Source: Bacteroidota bacterium | GTDB lineage: Bacteria; Bacteroidota; Bacteroidia; AKYH767-A; OLB10 | NCBI GenBank assembly: GCA_018268195.1 | Contig: JAFDWZ010000026.1 | Span: forward strand, 64,491-128,490 | Length of the DNA: 64,000 nucleotides | Direction: 5' to 3' | Shown: in pieces, positions 48,501 to 58,205 of the stretch | Layout: every line of letters begins with the position of its first letter | Numbering within the stretch: the first letter of the stretch is position 1 | The notes under the pieces: generated by a model | What the model was told of the DNA's origin: nothing | What the model saw: only the letters and a program-made list of their open reading frames with translations | The model's database searches: none | Translations under genes and position numbers: made by a program

Positions 48501-49782
48501 TCTTACTGCCGGTCAGAAATATGCAATTTTAGACATAAATTTTGGTGGAGATCCTGCAACTGAATATGTCTATCCTACCAATAATGGCACTGTAAATGTA
48601 CGAACTGAATTACGATTAACTGCAGGTCAACTCCGATTAGATGATGACAACAACCCCATTTCAGGAGGAAGAAATATAATTATCGAAAAGCAACTTTCAT
48701 CAGGTATTACCAGAACCAATGGTTATATCAGAGCAGAAACCTATGATGGTGCAAGTACGGTAACATGGAGGTTCCTTAATAATACTTCATCAAGAGTTAT
48801 TCCTTTCGGAATTGATGCAAGCACTTATATTCCACTTACTCTTACCTGTACAAGTGGTAATGCGGGGTACGTATCGGTTTCAACATACAAAACAAATCCT
48901 GCGAATATCCCCTATCCTCCTGCTGTGGGTCACGTAAATTCATCAATAACAGGTACCGATGCAAGTGCTGACTGTGTAGATCGTTTCTGGAAAATACATA
49001 GTGATAGTACAGGTGCAACTTTTACAGCAACATTTTCTGCTCCGGTAGCCGAATTCCCTGCTTCCGCAGGACCTTATAAAGCACAGCATTATAATTACCT
49101 CGGAGGAATTTGGGATAATCCATTCCAAGGCGTTCAAACTTACAATAGTGCAGGAACTGTTCGCACAGTAACAGTAACCGGAATTACTAAATATAACGAC
49201 TGGTGGGTACTTGTAAATCAATCAAACCCACTACCGGTAGAACTTCTATCGTTTAATGCAATCTGCTTAAAGAATAATAGACAACTAAATTGGTCCACTG
49301 CATCAGAGTTGAATAACGACTTCTTTAAAGTTGAGCGAAGCAGTAACGGAACCGATTTTGATTTATTTAAAAAAGTAGCCGGAAACGGAACAACAAATTC
49401 CATCTCCAATTATACCATAACCGATGACCTTTCTATGGGAGAAGGTATGTTTTACCGACTGAGTCAGGTAGATTTCAATGGTGATGTTCATGATTTAAAA
49501 ACCATATATTCGGTTTCATGTAATGCTGAAAAACTTGAATTAATTTCGGTAAGTCAAATGAGGGAGTCTATAAATACAGTTGTTAGCAGCCCTGATGTGC
49601 AAACGGTTGAAATATCCATCATTGATTTTAACGGAAAAACAGTAAGTAACAATACCGCTTCCTTGACAATAGGAATGAATACCATAAAAATACCTTCCTC
49701 TTTAGCTACCGGTATTTATTATCTACAGTTGAAAGGGAAGGACAATAATGAGATAAACGGCAAGAAGTTTATTGTTAACTAA
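45502..49782 (+). CDS. Very large secreted protein with a T9SS type A C-terminal sorting domain (probable surface or adhesin-like beta-helix protein)
   Basis: 1426 aa with a signal peptide. Long Asn/Gly/Thr/Ser-rich region with recurring G-x-hydrophobic strands and almost no charged stretches. Conserved PVELLSF...W.T..E.NN..F.VERS module near nt 49215-49440. C-terminal domain ends ...GIYYLQLKGKDNNEINGKKFIVN (about 49534-49779). Confidence 0.85.
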   Translation: MGNSFTSKGIIISFKTVVCCLMLVFMSAINTVKADVLTAITSGTYLVPSIWDKGVIPSAGDTIIIQSGVSVSLVSVNTPILGDVTVQAGATLSVLNAATACLNMGGDLNVYGTLINNGRIVMVNPAAFILGNGAVYEHNPRANIAADESMFENGVENFDPASTLIIRKWASTSLPLIDPTRINGNIGNLITSVTGTIWEQRGHFSPNKIKGDYLITDGVVRMDDGSGMTTTLTLKKLTLTGNSAIIFQEGNNRNLTLIMGAFTDSSTLIGQPSIIMNGSLGTLNWTVNGDFITRHDFIAINDSTFPIRSANANITINGKLLIQGINNKFDFCRQVNAPLTLTVTDSTVIKGLPTYVRFIDSGNGILNFTTNTLTITAGSKNVFMGGNDYLDAGGLPLFPLPTGIGTINVLSDFAISGNSTTTGVLSTANVNRFGVIVGQDFNTSSITSTFNLAKSIGPATLIVGRNMNLNGGTVDIQSNVSSNAVDSIIVQQNFVFNSTLATNYFRANSGGGSTIMQITGDFTLTNSGTATNQGVCGNYLNNGKFDFYTGGNFTLTNGAFYGVQDGKGLIKFVVNGAFNQSGGFFKGTHAPNVIIAGQSKFTLGSFNFTGGNYIQYNASGDTVFCTVNGNFNVNYASVASFVSFIPYTHPVYSNSSSLILRITGSMTFDGANGTFYSSVAQGNEDIVISSNLTFNNGNNSFNLFPASIINASHNVSIFIGGDLSSANGINYLDAGRGELVGGINGNLIITGGNFILKGNSTYSPININVKGGYTQTNGSFYFHNSLTTSLVNTTLTINSDDDNNGNFIQSGGIIKVANNAMNGSIQTLDIKSPNYTIGPGGSISHAGSGADYGNGFGDVVFSRTGTMLYTRINGHSITNMRLHVNGGTTVEVISGDVQLSSYIVDSTAPNQAMLEVKSLGTLTLRNNSSIYSNAIFPKSYMSISNDGRLRLQHTNGMYNGFSNSAIRSDGNMLYYLFANSIVEYFGDDNQIITGIGMGTALTAGQKYAILDINFGGDPATEYVYPTNNGTVNVRTELRLTAGQLRLDDDNNPISGGRNIIIEKQLSSGITRTNGYIRAETYDGASTVTWRFLNNTSSRVIPFGIDASTYIPLTLTCTSGNAGYVSVSTYKTNPANIPYPPAVGHVNSSITGTDASADCVDRFWKIHSDSTGATFTATFSAPVAEFPASAGPYKAQHYNYLGGIWDNPFQGVQTYNSAGTVRTVTVTGITKYNDWWVLVNQSNPLPVELLSFNAICLKNNRQLNWSTASELNNDFFKVERSSNGTDFDLFKKVAGNGTTNSISNYTITDDLSMGEGMFYRLSQVDFNGDVHDLKTIYSVSCNAEKLELISVSQMRESINTVVSSPDVQTVEISIIDFNGKTVSNNTASLTIGMNTIKIPSSLATGIYYLQLKGKDNNEINGKKFIVN

Positions 49783-49805
49783 GAAATTCATATCCCCAAA
49801 AAGAG

Positions 49806-49835
49806 GCCGGTTCAAAAACCGGCTTTTTTATTTTG
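49806..49835 (+). terminator. Rho-independent terminator after the T9SS cargo gene
   Basis: gccggtt / aaccggc stem with a short loop, followed by ttttttatttt. Confidence 0.7.
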
Positions 49836-49884
49836 TGATGGATTATTTCCTTTTTACTATTTTTAGCCGTGCATTCCTGTTGAT

Positions 49885-51432
49885 ATGACTTTACTAGGCC
49901 GAATAATTAAAACAAGTATTGAACTTAGAGGTAAAATTGAGCTTAAGCCATTTACCCCTCTCAAGTTTCAGAAAAAAGTACTTAAACGCTTGATTCGAAA
50001 ATCACAGTTCACCATGTTTGGTGAAACATATAACTTCCAAAGTATTGCCGGGAACAAGAATTTCATGAACAAATTCAGAGCGGTAGTACCTGTCCATGAT
50101 TATAATTCAATATTCTCGAACTGGTGGAATAAGTGCCTGCATGACGAAGAAAATGTATGCTGGCCCGGAAAAGTAAAATATTTCGCATTGAGCTCCGGCA
50201 CTTCAGGTTCATCGAGCAAACATATCCCTGTAACAAAAGATATGTCGAAAGCTATTCAGAAAGCAAGTCTGAAACAAATATTGTCGCTGTCAAAATATGA
50301 TTTACCGGTTTCTACATTCGAAAAAGGCATACTGATGTTAGGAGGCAGCACACACCTACATCAGCAAGGCAGATATTTCGAAGGTGATTTAAGCGGTATT
50401 ACTACCAGTCAGATTCCATTCTGGTTTCAACATTTTTATAAACCCGGCAGAAAAATTGCCCGTGAGAAAGACTGGAATGCAAAACTTGATGATATCACTT
50501 TAAAAGCTAAAGACTGGGATATAGGAATAATTGTAGGAGTGCCTGCATGGGTACAGTTGCTGATTGAAAAAATTTTACATCATTATAATCTCACTAACAT
50601 TCATGAATTATGGCCCAACCTGTCAATTTATGTTCATGGAGGTGTATCATTTGAACCCTATCGCAAAGGATTTGAAAAACTTCTGGGCAAACCTTTGTAT
50701 TATATCGAAACGTATCTGGCATCAGAAGGATTCATCGCATATCAACATGAGCCGAATAACAAAAGTATGAGACTGCTTCTTAATAATGGGATATTTTATG
50801 AGTTTATTCCATTCAACGAAGATAATTTTGACTCAGATGGCGAACTTAAACATAAACCAAAATCATTATTTATAAATGAAGTGAAACAAGGCGAACCCTA
50901 TGCACTACTCCTGAGCTCTTGTGCCGGAGCATGGCGTTATCTCATTGGCGATGTTATTACTTTTACCAGTGTTGAAAAATGTGAGATACAGATTGTGGGT
51001 CGCACCAAACATTTTTTAAGTCTTTGTGGCGAACATCTCTCGGTTGACAATATGAATAAAGCTGTTGAGCTGGTATCCGATGAGTTGAACACGGTGATTC
51101 AGGAGTTCACAGTTGCAGGCATTCCCTATGGCAGTATGTTTGCACACAAATGGTTTATTGGTTGTGAAGATTCATTGGATGCAGAAGCACTTAAGAAGCT
51201 CATTGATGAAAAACTAAAAATACTCAACGATGATTATCGAGTAGAAAGGCAGAGTGCGCTGAAGGAGGTAATCGTGGAAGTGATTCCAACTTCATGGTTT
51301 TATAAGTGGATGGAAAATCAGGGCAAAATTGGTGCTCAGAATAAATTTCCGAGAGTGATGAAGAACAAACTCTTTAAAGAATGGCAGGAATTTGTGGATG
51401 CACAACGAACTGAACAAAAATCAATCGCATAA
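49885..51432 (+). CDS. GH3 family (auxin-responsive-promoter-like) adenylate-forming acyl-acid amido synthetase homolog
   Basis: 515 aa. FALSSGTSGSSSKHIPVT adenylation motif and GH3-like length and organisation. This family is widespread in Bacteroidota. Confidence 0.8.
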   Translation: MTLLGRIIKTSIELRGKIELKPFTPLKFQKKVLKRLIRKSQFTMFGETYNFQSIAGNKNFMNKFRAVVPVHDYNSIFSNWWNKCLHDEENVCWPGKVKYFALSSGTSGSSSKHIPVTKDMSKAIQKASLKQILSLSKYDLPVSTFEKGILMLGGSTHLHQQGRYFEGDLSGITTSQIPFWFQHFYKPGRKIAREKDWNAKLDDITLKAKDWDIGIIVGVPAWVQLLIEKILHHYNLTNIHELWPNLSIYVHGGVSFEPYRKGFEKLLGKPLYYIETYLASEGFIAYQHEPNNKSMRLLLNNGIFYEFIPFNEDNFDSDGELKHKPKSLFINEVKQGEPYALLLSSCAGAWRYLIGDVITFTSVEKCEIQIVGRTKHFLSLCGEHLSVDNMNKAVELVSDELNTVIQEFTVAGIPYGSMFAHKWFIGCEDSLDAEALKKLIDEKLKILNDDYRVERQSALKEVIVEVIPTSWFYKWMENQGKIGAQNKFPRVMKNKLFKEWQEFVDAQRTEQKSIA

Positions 51433-51448
51433 TTAAATATTCAAACAC

Positions 51449-52084
51449 TTGATAGAGCCTATTATAAGCGGATTTTTGTTGGGATGTGTTGTTGCTATAT
51501 TGGCAGGTCCTGTATTTTTTCTGATTATGAATGTGAGTCTTCGTAAAGGATTCAGCTATGCATCAAGGGTGGCAATAGGTGTGGCACTGAGCGATGCACT
51601 GTTTATTTTTATTGCATATTTCGGAAGCAATTTTGTGCTGTTGCTAAACAATCACCGGTTCTTAGCGGGAATTATTTCAGGAATACTTTTAATAGCTTTT
51701 GGTATTGCACTTACTATTAAACGTACCGACATTCCGGCTGAAGCCATTACCGTTCAGGAAAAAAATAATTCCAAAGGAGTTTACATTCTTAAAGGATTTA
51801 TGCTTAACTCCATGAACCCTTCTGTGCTATTTTTTTGGTTAGGAATTGCTGGTACTGTATCTGTAAAGGAAACCTACACAGTTCATCATCTGTTAATCTT
51901 TTACGGTTCCATCATTACAACAGTGTTCTGTACAGATTTACTGAAAGCCTACATTGCACATAAATTGAAAAGTATTCTTACCGTCAATGTATTAATCTGG
52001 CTTAATAGGATTTCAGGTTTTGCATTAATTGCATTTGGCCTTTATACCTTATCAAATGCATTATGGAGTGGATTTACTTCCTGA
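51449..52084 (+). CDS. LysE family amino-acid/metabolite translocator
   Basis: 211 aa, 6 TM helices, N-terminal GxxxG..GP pattern (GFLLGCVVAILAGPVFF). TTG start as tracked. Confidence 0.75.
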   Translation: MIEPIISGFLLGCVVAILAGPVFFLIMNVSLRKGFSYASRVAIGVALSDALFIFIAYFGSNFVLLLNNHRFLAGIISGILLIAFGIALTIKRTDIPAEAITVQEKNNSKGVYILKGFMLNSMNPSVLFFWLGIAGTVSVKETYTVHHLLIFYGSIITTVFCTDLLKAYIAHKLKSILTVNVLIWLNRISGFALIAFGLYTLSNALWSGFTS

Positions 52085-52660
52085 AGTTTTTTCTTGGATA
52101 CCGAATTTGGAAATTTGATTTTTAAAAATTGCATATAAGATTACTGCAATTGCAAAACCGGTAAGCCATCCTCCTAATATATCAAAAGGATAATGCAACC
52201 CCATATATATTCTGCTATAAGACGCAATAAGCATATAAACTACCATGACATATTGCATTTTTCTATCTTCACGTAATAACGTTAAAATTAAAAATACAGT
52301 TAGTGCCATGGTATTGGTAGCATGCGATGAAACAAAGCTATACAACCCTCCATGTTTGTTATTAACTATATGCACTACCGACTTCAGAATTAAATTATGA
52401 CTAGGTCGGTATCTCATAAACTCATTTTTTATATAAACAGATAATTGATCGCTAAGTAAAATCAACAAAGCGATAATGAGTAGAAACTTCCATGTGTTTA
52501 TGCCATACGATTTAACAGCAAGGTAAGCCAAATAAGCAAAAAGCGGAATCCAAACAACTGTAATGGTAGAGTAATAAAAGAATACATCAAAAAAACTGTT
52601 ATGGAGTCCGTTAAGGAATAAGAATATCTCTGTATCTATGTTCTTGATAAACTCAATCAT
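52061..52660 (-). CDS. PAP2 superfamily phosphatase (membrane)
   Basis: KxxxxxxRP (MRYRPSH), SFVSSHA and [12 protein letters not shown] motifs. Its 3' end overlaps the convergent LysE gene by 24 nt. Confidence 0.8.
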   Translation of the reverse strand: MIEFIKNIDTEIFLFLNGLHNSFFDVFFYYSTITVVWIPLFAYLAYLAVKSYGINTWKFLLIIALLILLSDQLSVYIKNEFMRYRPSHNLILKSVVHIVNNKHGGLYSFVSSHATNTMALTVFLILTLLREDRKMQYVMVVYMLIASYSRIYMGLHYPFDILGGWLTGFAIAVILYAIFKNQISKFGIQEKTSGSKSTP

Positions 52661-53681
52661 GATTAAGTTCTTTCCAGATTACATCTTTAAGTTTATCAAT
52701 ATTCAAGTGTGCTACAGATGAAATAAAGACTACCGGTACTTTAGCTCCTCCGGGGTTCTTGTCATTCGGGGCTTCCTTTTTCATTTCTTTGATCAACTCT
52801 TCGTCAAGCATATCACACTTGGTGATGGCAATTACACGTCTTTTGTCAAGCAACTCAGGGTTGTGCAACTTGAGTTCATTCTTCAATACTTTGTAATCTG
52901 CCTTCAAATTTTTACTATCGGCAGGAATCATAAACAGAAGTAATGAATTGCGCTCAATATGTCGTAAGAAACGCAACCCAATTCCTTTACCTTTATGTGC
53001 CCCTTCAATAATTCCGGGAATATCAGCCATGATAAAAGAACGATTGTCGCGATAATTAACCATTCCTAAATTAGGTACGAGAGTAGTAAAAGGATAATCT
53101 GCAATTTCGGGTTTGGCAGCCGATACTACTGACAGCAAAGTTGATTTACCAGCATTCGGAAATCCTACCAATCCCACATCTGCCATCAGTTTTAATTCCA
53201 ACACTTTCCATTCTTCTAACCCTTCTCCCCCGGGTTGAGCATAACGAGGTGTTTGCAAAGTTGCTGACTTGAAAAAATTATTTCCTTTACCTCCCCTGCC
53301 TCCGCGAACAAGAATAATTTCCTGACCGTCTTCTTCTATTTCGAATAAAAATTTGTTTGTTTCAAAATCACGGGCTATGGTTCCTAATGGAACTTCAAGA
53401 ATTTCGTCAGCTCCGTCAGCTCCGGTCATTAATGCGTTGCCGCCTCGCTCTCCGGGATCAGCAATTACATGTTTTCGGTATTTCAAATGAAGCAATGTCC
53501 ACAATTGTTTGTTTCCACGCAAAATGATATGTCCTCCTCTGCCACCATTACCTCCATCAGGACCGCCTTTTGCCGTTTTTTTATCGCGGTGAAAATGAAC
53601 ATAACCGGGGCCACCTGCACCCGAACGACAACAGATTTTTACGTAATCAACAAAATTCTTCTCCATGATATATAGCTGCAA
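52653..53681 (-). CDS. obg: GTPase ObgE/CgtA
   Basis: Obg fold with a glycine-rich N-terminal domain ([12 protein letters not shown]). G1 [10 protein letters not shown]3 DIPG, G4 TKCD. Confidence 0.95.
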   Translation of the reverse strand: MQLYIMEKNFVDYVKICCRSGAGGPGYVHFHRDKKTAKGGPDGGNGGRGGHIILRGNKQLWTLLHLKYRKHVIADPGERGGNALMTGADGADEILEVPLGTIARDFETNKFLFEIEEDGQEIILVRGGRGGKGNNFFKSATLQTPRYAQPGGEGLEEWKVLELKLMADVGLVGFPNAGKSTLLSVVSAAKPEIADYPFTTLVPNLGMVNYRDNRSFIMADIPGIIEGAHKGKGIGLRFLRHIERNSLLLFMIPADSKNLKADYKVLKNELKLHNPELLDKRRVIAITKCDMLDEELIKEMKKEAPNDKNPGGAKVPVVFISSVAHLNIDKLKDVIWKELNHD

Positions 53682-53705
53682 ATTTCGTTAAAATACTGCA
53701 ACGTT

Positions 53706-54902
53706 TTATCCCTGATATGCAGAAAATACAATAGAACTGCAATTTCCTCCAAAGCCAAAAGAGTTCAGTAGTGCATGTTTTATTGTTTGCTTACTACCGA
53801 CAGTGTGAGGTTTAAGCCCTGTAACTTCATCGGGAACAGAAAAATTTTTACTGGCAAAAATTACACCTTCCTTTATAGCCATTAAAGTAAAGACACTTTC
53901 CACAGCCGATGCAGCTCCCAGCGTGTGACCGATAAATGATTTACATGAAATAAAAGGAGGAATAGTGTCTCCAAAAATTTTCTGCATAGCAACTCCCTCT
54001 GCCCGGTCGTTATTAGGTGTTCCGGTGCCGTGTGAATTGATGTAATCAATATCCTTAGAACTAATATTTGCTTTATTCAAAGCCTGCTGCATACAATTAA
54101 CAGGACCCGTTGCTTCATCGCTCAATGCAGAAGGGTGAAATGCATCGTTGCTATTGGCATAACCACTAATAACCGCTATGATTTTCTCTGCAGGTACATC
54201 GTCAGACTTTTCCAAAATCAAAAAACCCGCACCCTCACCAAGGTTAAGTCCCTTACGGTTATTATCAAACGGACGACATGGTTCGTCCGATAAAATATTT
54301 AATGAATTAAATCCATTTATGGTAAACTTCGACAGGCAATCTACACCACCAACTATAGCGCGTTTTGCAATTTTTTGTTGGATTAACCTTGATCCGAACA
54401 TGATTGCATTGGCTCCTGATGAACAGGCGGTATTTATAGTGTCTGAAAAACCACGGATACCTAATTTTTCCTGTAGAAATAGTGTTACGGACGCGCAATC
54501 GTAATTGGATAAATAAGCAGAACCCTCTGTTGAACGGTTTGCATCATGATACAATTCATCAGTCAGATACATTCCTCCCACTGTACTAGAAACTATAATT
54601 GCCGTTGAAGTGTCTGAAAGTATATCCGTATCAAATCCCCGATTGGCAATGGCTTCGCGGGCAGCCAGTAATGCAAGATGTTGTGTACGCGTAACAGATT
54701 CGTCAGTAATGTTATTTAGCTCTCGGAGTTGCTGTGCGCTAAGTTTAATTTCGGCAAAAGGTAAAACATCAGCATATCTGCTTTTTACATAAGCTGCCTT
54801 TCCTATTCCTGTATTACCATTTTTTAAAGCCGTAATGTTTTCCTGAACATTGTTGCCCAGTGACGATAATACACCAATTCCGGTAACAACAATAGCCGAC
54901 AC
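53706..54902 (-). CDS. Beta-ketoacyl-ACP synthase (KAS I/II, FabF/FabB-like) of the resorcinol-lipid cluster
   Basis: Active-site Cys (NTACSSGANAI) and His-His (NSHGTGT, IGHTLGAAS). 398 aa. Confidence 0.9.
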   Translation of the reverse strand: MSAIVVTGIGVLSSLGNNVQENITALKNGNTGIGKAAYVKSRYADVLPFAEIKLSAQQLRELNNITDESVTRTQHLALLAAREAIANRGFDTDILSDTSTAIIVSSTVGGMYLTDELYHDANRSTEGSAYLSNYDCASVTLFLQEKLGIRGFSDTINTACSSGANAIMFGSRLIQQKIAKRAIVGGVDCLSKFTINGFNSLNILSDEPCRPFDNNRKGLNLGEGAGFLILEKSDDVPAEKIIAVISGYANSNDAFHPSALSDEATGPVNCMQQALNKANISSKDIDYINSHGTGTPNNDRAEGVAMQKIFGDTIPPFISCKSFIGHTLGAASAVESVFTLMAIKEGVIFASKNFSVPDEVTGLKPHTVGSKQTIKHALLNSFGFGGNCSSIVFSAYQG

Positions 54903-54906
54903 TTTA

Positions 54907-55176
54907 TTAAACTTTTAACGAATGTTGCATGATAAAATCAACCATTGTATTTACATCTACCAAAATTTTTCTTCCCTCCTTAGGGTCGGTAATTTTTATT
55001 CCATACTCACGCTCGAGCAAAACTATAAGTTCAATGGAATCAATAGAATCAAGTCCCAGGCTACCCTCTCCGAAAAAAGGTTGGTTGTCGCCAATACTTT
55101 CGGGAGTCATCTCAAGAAGGTTAAGGTATTTGATGATATGTTTTTTTAAATCCAGTTTCAGTTGTTCTTTATCCAT
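54907..55176 (-). CDS. Acyl carrier protein (DarC-equivalent)
   Basis: Start moved to MDKEQLK. LGLDSIDSIEL phosphopantetheine attachment motif (DSI). The ATG overlaps the permease stop codon (ATGA). Confidence 0.85.
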   Translation of the reverse strand: MDKEQLKLDLKKHIIKYLNLLEMTPESIGDNQPFFGEGSLGLDSIDSIELIVLLEREYGIKITDPKEGRKILVDVNTMVDFIMQHSLKV

Positions 55177-56450
55177 CAGATTAAATTCTTTCGTTTCAAT
55201 GTCAGGTAAATGATTATTTGGAGAATGATTGTAAGAGCGAGCAAAGGTAGAATATTTAAGAAAATGTGGGTAATGGACTTCTGAAGAAGAAAAACATTGT
55301 AAAAGCCATCTAAAGCCCATTTAAAGGGCGACACATAAGATAAATGTTTAAACAATTCGGGCATGGCAAATCCGGGGACAAAAATTCCCCCCAAAGCAGC
55401 AAGAATGATGATGGATGCCGCACCAAACCCATTTGCCTGTTCCTGAGTTTCGGCCAATACGCCAACACACAATGCATAGCTGATGGCACACCAACCGCTG
55501 AAAAATGAAACTAAAAATAATGACAGAAATGATGAAGGCAAATTCAAAGCAGGAAGATGTATGAAGGGGAACAACCATCTTCCTATGGAAAAAATAAACG
55601 CTACCTGAAACAGAGTAACCGTTAAAAACAAAACCTGTTTGGAAAGTATAAGTACGCTTAGTGATGAAGGCAATACTTTGAGTCTTATGAAACTTCCGCT
55701 TAATTTTTCCCGCACCATATTGCTGCCTAATGAAATCACTGAAAAGAACATTGCAAATAATGTCCAAGCAGGTATATTATGTTGAGTTGAATCAGGATTG
55801 GGGTTAAGCCCGGCATGCAAGGTTGATTCTTTGATAGAAACAGCTGAGGGCAGCAACTTTTGCTCGGTTTCTGCAGGTATATCATGTTCGTTGATACTTC
55901 TGTAAAGCTGACCTATCATCATTTTGTTTTGCAAGATTTGCATGATACCGTTTATAGATGCTTTAACCGAGTAGCGATATGTTTCCTGAAGAACAGAATT
56001 AAAAATAAGTTCTGGTTGCAAAGTATCAATGGGTACCGATGTGGTGTCATTGGCTTTCAACCCGAATCCCTCCAAAGCAAAGGACGAGCGTTGATTTACC
56101 TGTTTTTGCAGATTAAAATAATAGCCCTGCGGAATAATTAATAATACCAATGCATCCTGTTTTTCAGCTAAAGCTTCGGCCTCCTCATGCGATTTTTGAG
56201 ATGTTTCCTGCAAGTTAAACATTCCGCTTTTTTTCAAAGCTTCAACAAAATCTGTGGATTTATTGCCTGTGTCGTTATTGCATACAAGTAGGTTTATCTG
56301 ATTCTCATTAATCATTTTATACACACTGTTTTGCAATGCAGTCATAACAACGGCAAGCAACACCGGCATTACAAACATCAGCAGCAACCCTACTTTGTCG
56401 CGGTAAAGTTGTCTGAATTCTTTTTTTATAGTAACCCAAAACAAATACAT
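55176..56450 (-). CDS. ABC-2 type transporter permease
   Basis: 424 aa with an N-terminal TM, a large extracytoplasmic loop and five C-terminal TM helices. Its start overlaps the ATPase stop codon (ATGA). Confidence 0.8.
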   Translation of the reverse strand: MYLFWVTIKKEFRQLYRDKVGLLLMFVMPVLLAVVMTALQNSVYKMINENQINLLVCNNDTGNKSTDFVEALKKSGMFNLQETSQKSHEEAEALAEKQDALVLLIIPQGYYFNLQKQVNQRSSFALEGFGLKANDTTSVPIDTLQPELIFNSVLQETYRYSVKASINGIMQILQNKMMIGQLYRSINEHDIPAETEQKLLPSAVSIKESTLHAGLNPNPDSTQHNIPAWTLFAMFFSVISLGSNMVREKLSGSFIRLKVLPSSLSVLILSKQVLFLTVTLFQVAFIFSIGRWLFPFIHLPALNLPSSFLSLFLVSFFSGWCAISYALCVGVLAETQEQANGFGAASIIILAALGGIFVPGFAMPELFKHLSYVSPFKWALDGFYNVFLLQKSITHIFLNILPLLALTIILQIIIYLTLKRKNLI

Positions 56451-57187
56451 CAGTCTCTGAAATCTTTACCTGTAAGTTTTAAAAATAATTCTTCCAGTGT
56501 GTTGACATGATCTTTTTGAAGCAGGTTACTTAAACTATCACAAGCTATTATTTTTCCATCATCCATTAAAGCAATATAGTCGCAAAGTTCTTCAGCTTCT
56601 TTCAATTGATGCGAAGTATAAATCAATGTTGTTCCCTGTCGGTTAAGTTCCTGCAGGTAATCAACAATGGCTATGCGCGACTGAACGTCAACACCCACTG
56701 TTGGTTCGTCAAGGAAAAGTACTGATGGATTATTCATCACTCCAATAGCAATATTCACTCTTCGCTTCATACCGCCTGAAAACTTACTCACTGCTTTATT
56801 TCGCACATCCCAGAGTCCGAACCTGGTGAGCAAATCGTGTGTTTGTAATTTAATTTGCTTGTCATCAAGCCCGGCCCATGCTCCAAAAAATTCCAGATTT
56901 TCTACCGGTGTTAACTCAGGATAGAAAGCAAAGTCCTGGGGTACATATCCAAACTGTTTTCTGAAATTATTTTTTTCACTCAATGTTTTCTCATTGATAC
57001 GTACTTCACCGTTTTGTGGAATGTGAATGCCTGTCATTACCGACATAAGTGTGGTTTTTCCCGCTCCATTAGGCCCGAACAAACCAAAACGCATTCCTTT
57101 ACTGACAGATAAGCTAATGTTATTCACAGCAGGGTTTACTGACCCTTTGTACTGAAAACTAACCTGACTTAATGAAAGTGCAGTCAT
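56450..57187 (-). CDS. ABC transporter ATP-binding protein
   Basis: Walker A GPNGAGKTT, signature FSGGMKRR, Walker B LFLDEPT, H-loop SHQ. Confidence 0.9.
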   Translation of the reverse strand: MTALSLSQVSFQYKGSVNPAVNNISLSVSKGMRFGLFGPNGAGKTTLMSVMTGIHIPQNGEVRINEKTLSEKNNFRKQFGYVPQDFAFYPELTPVENLEFFGAWAGLDDKQIKLQTHDLLTRFGLWDVRNKAVSKFSGGMKRRVNIAIGVMNNPSVLFLDEPTVGVDVQSRIAIVDYLQELNRQGTTLIYTSHQLKEAEELCDYIALMDDGKIIACDSLSNLLQKDHVNTLEELFLKLTGKDFRD

Positions 57188-57197
57188 GGTTATTACA

Positions 57198-58205
57198 TTA
57201 AAATTTCAACTTGGATAGTTGTGTGAATGCCTGTTTTTCAACTTCGGCAACCTGCAACATTCTGTCGTGCATGTTCACAAAGTCCGAACGCTGTGTAAGT
57301 CTTCCTTTGAAAATGCCTGCTGCCTGCACGGCAGCATCGCGCCACATATCACCTGCTGAAGTAAACTGTTGTGAGATGGCAACTATCTTATCATCAGGAA
57401 TAAATTTATGTGCCTGCTGCAGAAATGCTGCATAAATAAAACGAAAACCTCCACCTCCTGTTCCTATCTCTTCCTGCATGCGCACCAGTTGTGCAAGGTA
57501 TAAACCGGTTTTCTGTGCGCCTAACTTATCATGCCATTTCAGAATTTTTTTTGCAACAAACTTTATTCCGCTGACGCCTGCAATAGGTCCCGGAATGAAA
57601 AGCATATCCCTTACATTTTGCCGGATGCCTTTGCGAATGGCGTACTTCATATTTTCAGGAGTGATATTCTTGGTTAGGTTTGGATAGTAAATCTGCCCTT
57701 TAGGAGCCAATGGCCCTTTTGCAAAACGTACGCGATTAAGTTCGTAATCGGTAAGTGAAGTGGTGCCTTCCATCACAGGGTCGCTTATCAGATATTGGTC
57801 TTCTTCTTTTCCAAACACAACCAAATTGTGAGCATTGAAATGAAAGCGATATTCCTTTGGAAAATAGGTAAGATAATACACTCCTACCTGACAGCCTACA
57901 GGTTGGTTGTTTTGCAAGCAACTGTCAAGCATTTTGCGTGCACTTTCCTGGGAAGAAAACTTTTTTCTGATGACTTCAATCCCTAACCTTTTGCAAGTAC
58001 GTTTGAAAATTAATCCCGGCATTGTACGATACGAAAATGCAGGTGCATTATTCACCATTAAAAAAGGGATGTAAATAAAAAATAATCCGGAACCTATACC
58101 AAAAGCAAGAGGTTCTGTGATTTCAACTCCGGAGAAACGAAGCAGATTAGCGGTAACCCCGTTTTCGCAGTGGGCTGCCTGCCGGTGTTCAAAGTCTATC
58201 TGCAT
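57198..58205 (-). CDS. BtrH N-terminal domain / DUF4872-like protein (papain-fold, acyl-transfer or peptidase-like)
   Basis: The N-terminus FEHRQAAHCENGVTANLL matches the conserved His-Cys motif I recall for BtrH_N domain proteins. About 335 aa, as in that family. Confidence 0.55.
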   Translation of the reverse strand: MQIDFEHRQAAHCENGVTANLLRFSGVEITEPLAFGIGSGLFFIYIPFLMVNNAPAFSYRTMPGLIFKRTCKRLGIEVIRKKFSSQESARKMLDSCLQNNQPVGCQVGVYYLTYFPKEYRFHFNAHNLVVFGKEEDQYLISDPVMEGTTSLTDYELNRVRFAKGPLAPKGQIYYPNLTKNITPENMKYAIRKGIRQNVRDMLFIPGPIAGVSGIKFVAKKILKWHDKLGAQKTGLYLAQLVRMQEEIGTGGGGFRFIYAAFLQQAHKFIPDDKIVAISQQFTSAGDMWRDAAVQAAGIFKGRLTQRSDFVNMHDRMLQVAEVEKQAFTQLSKLKF

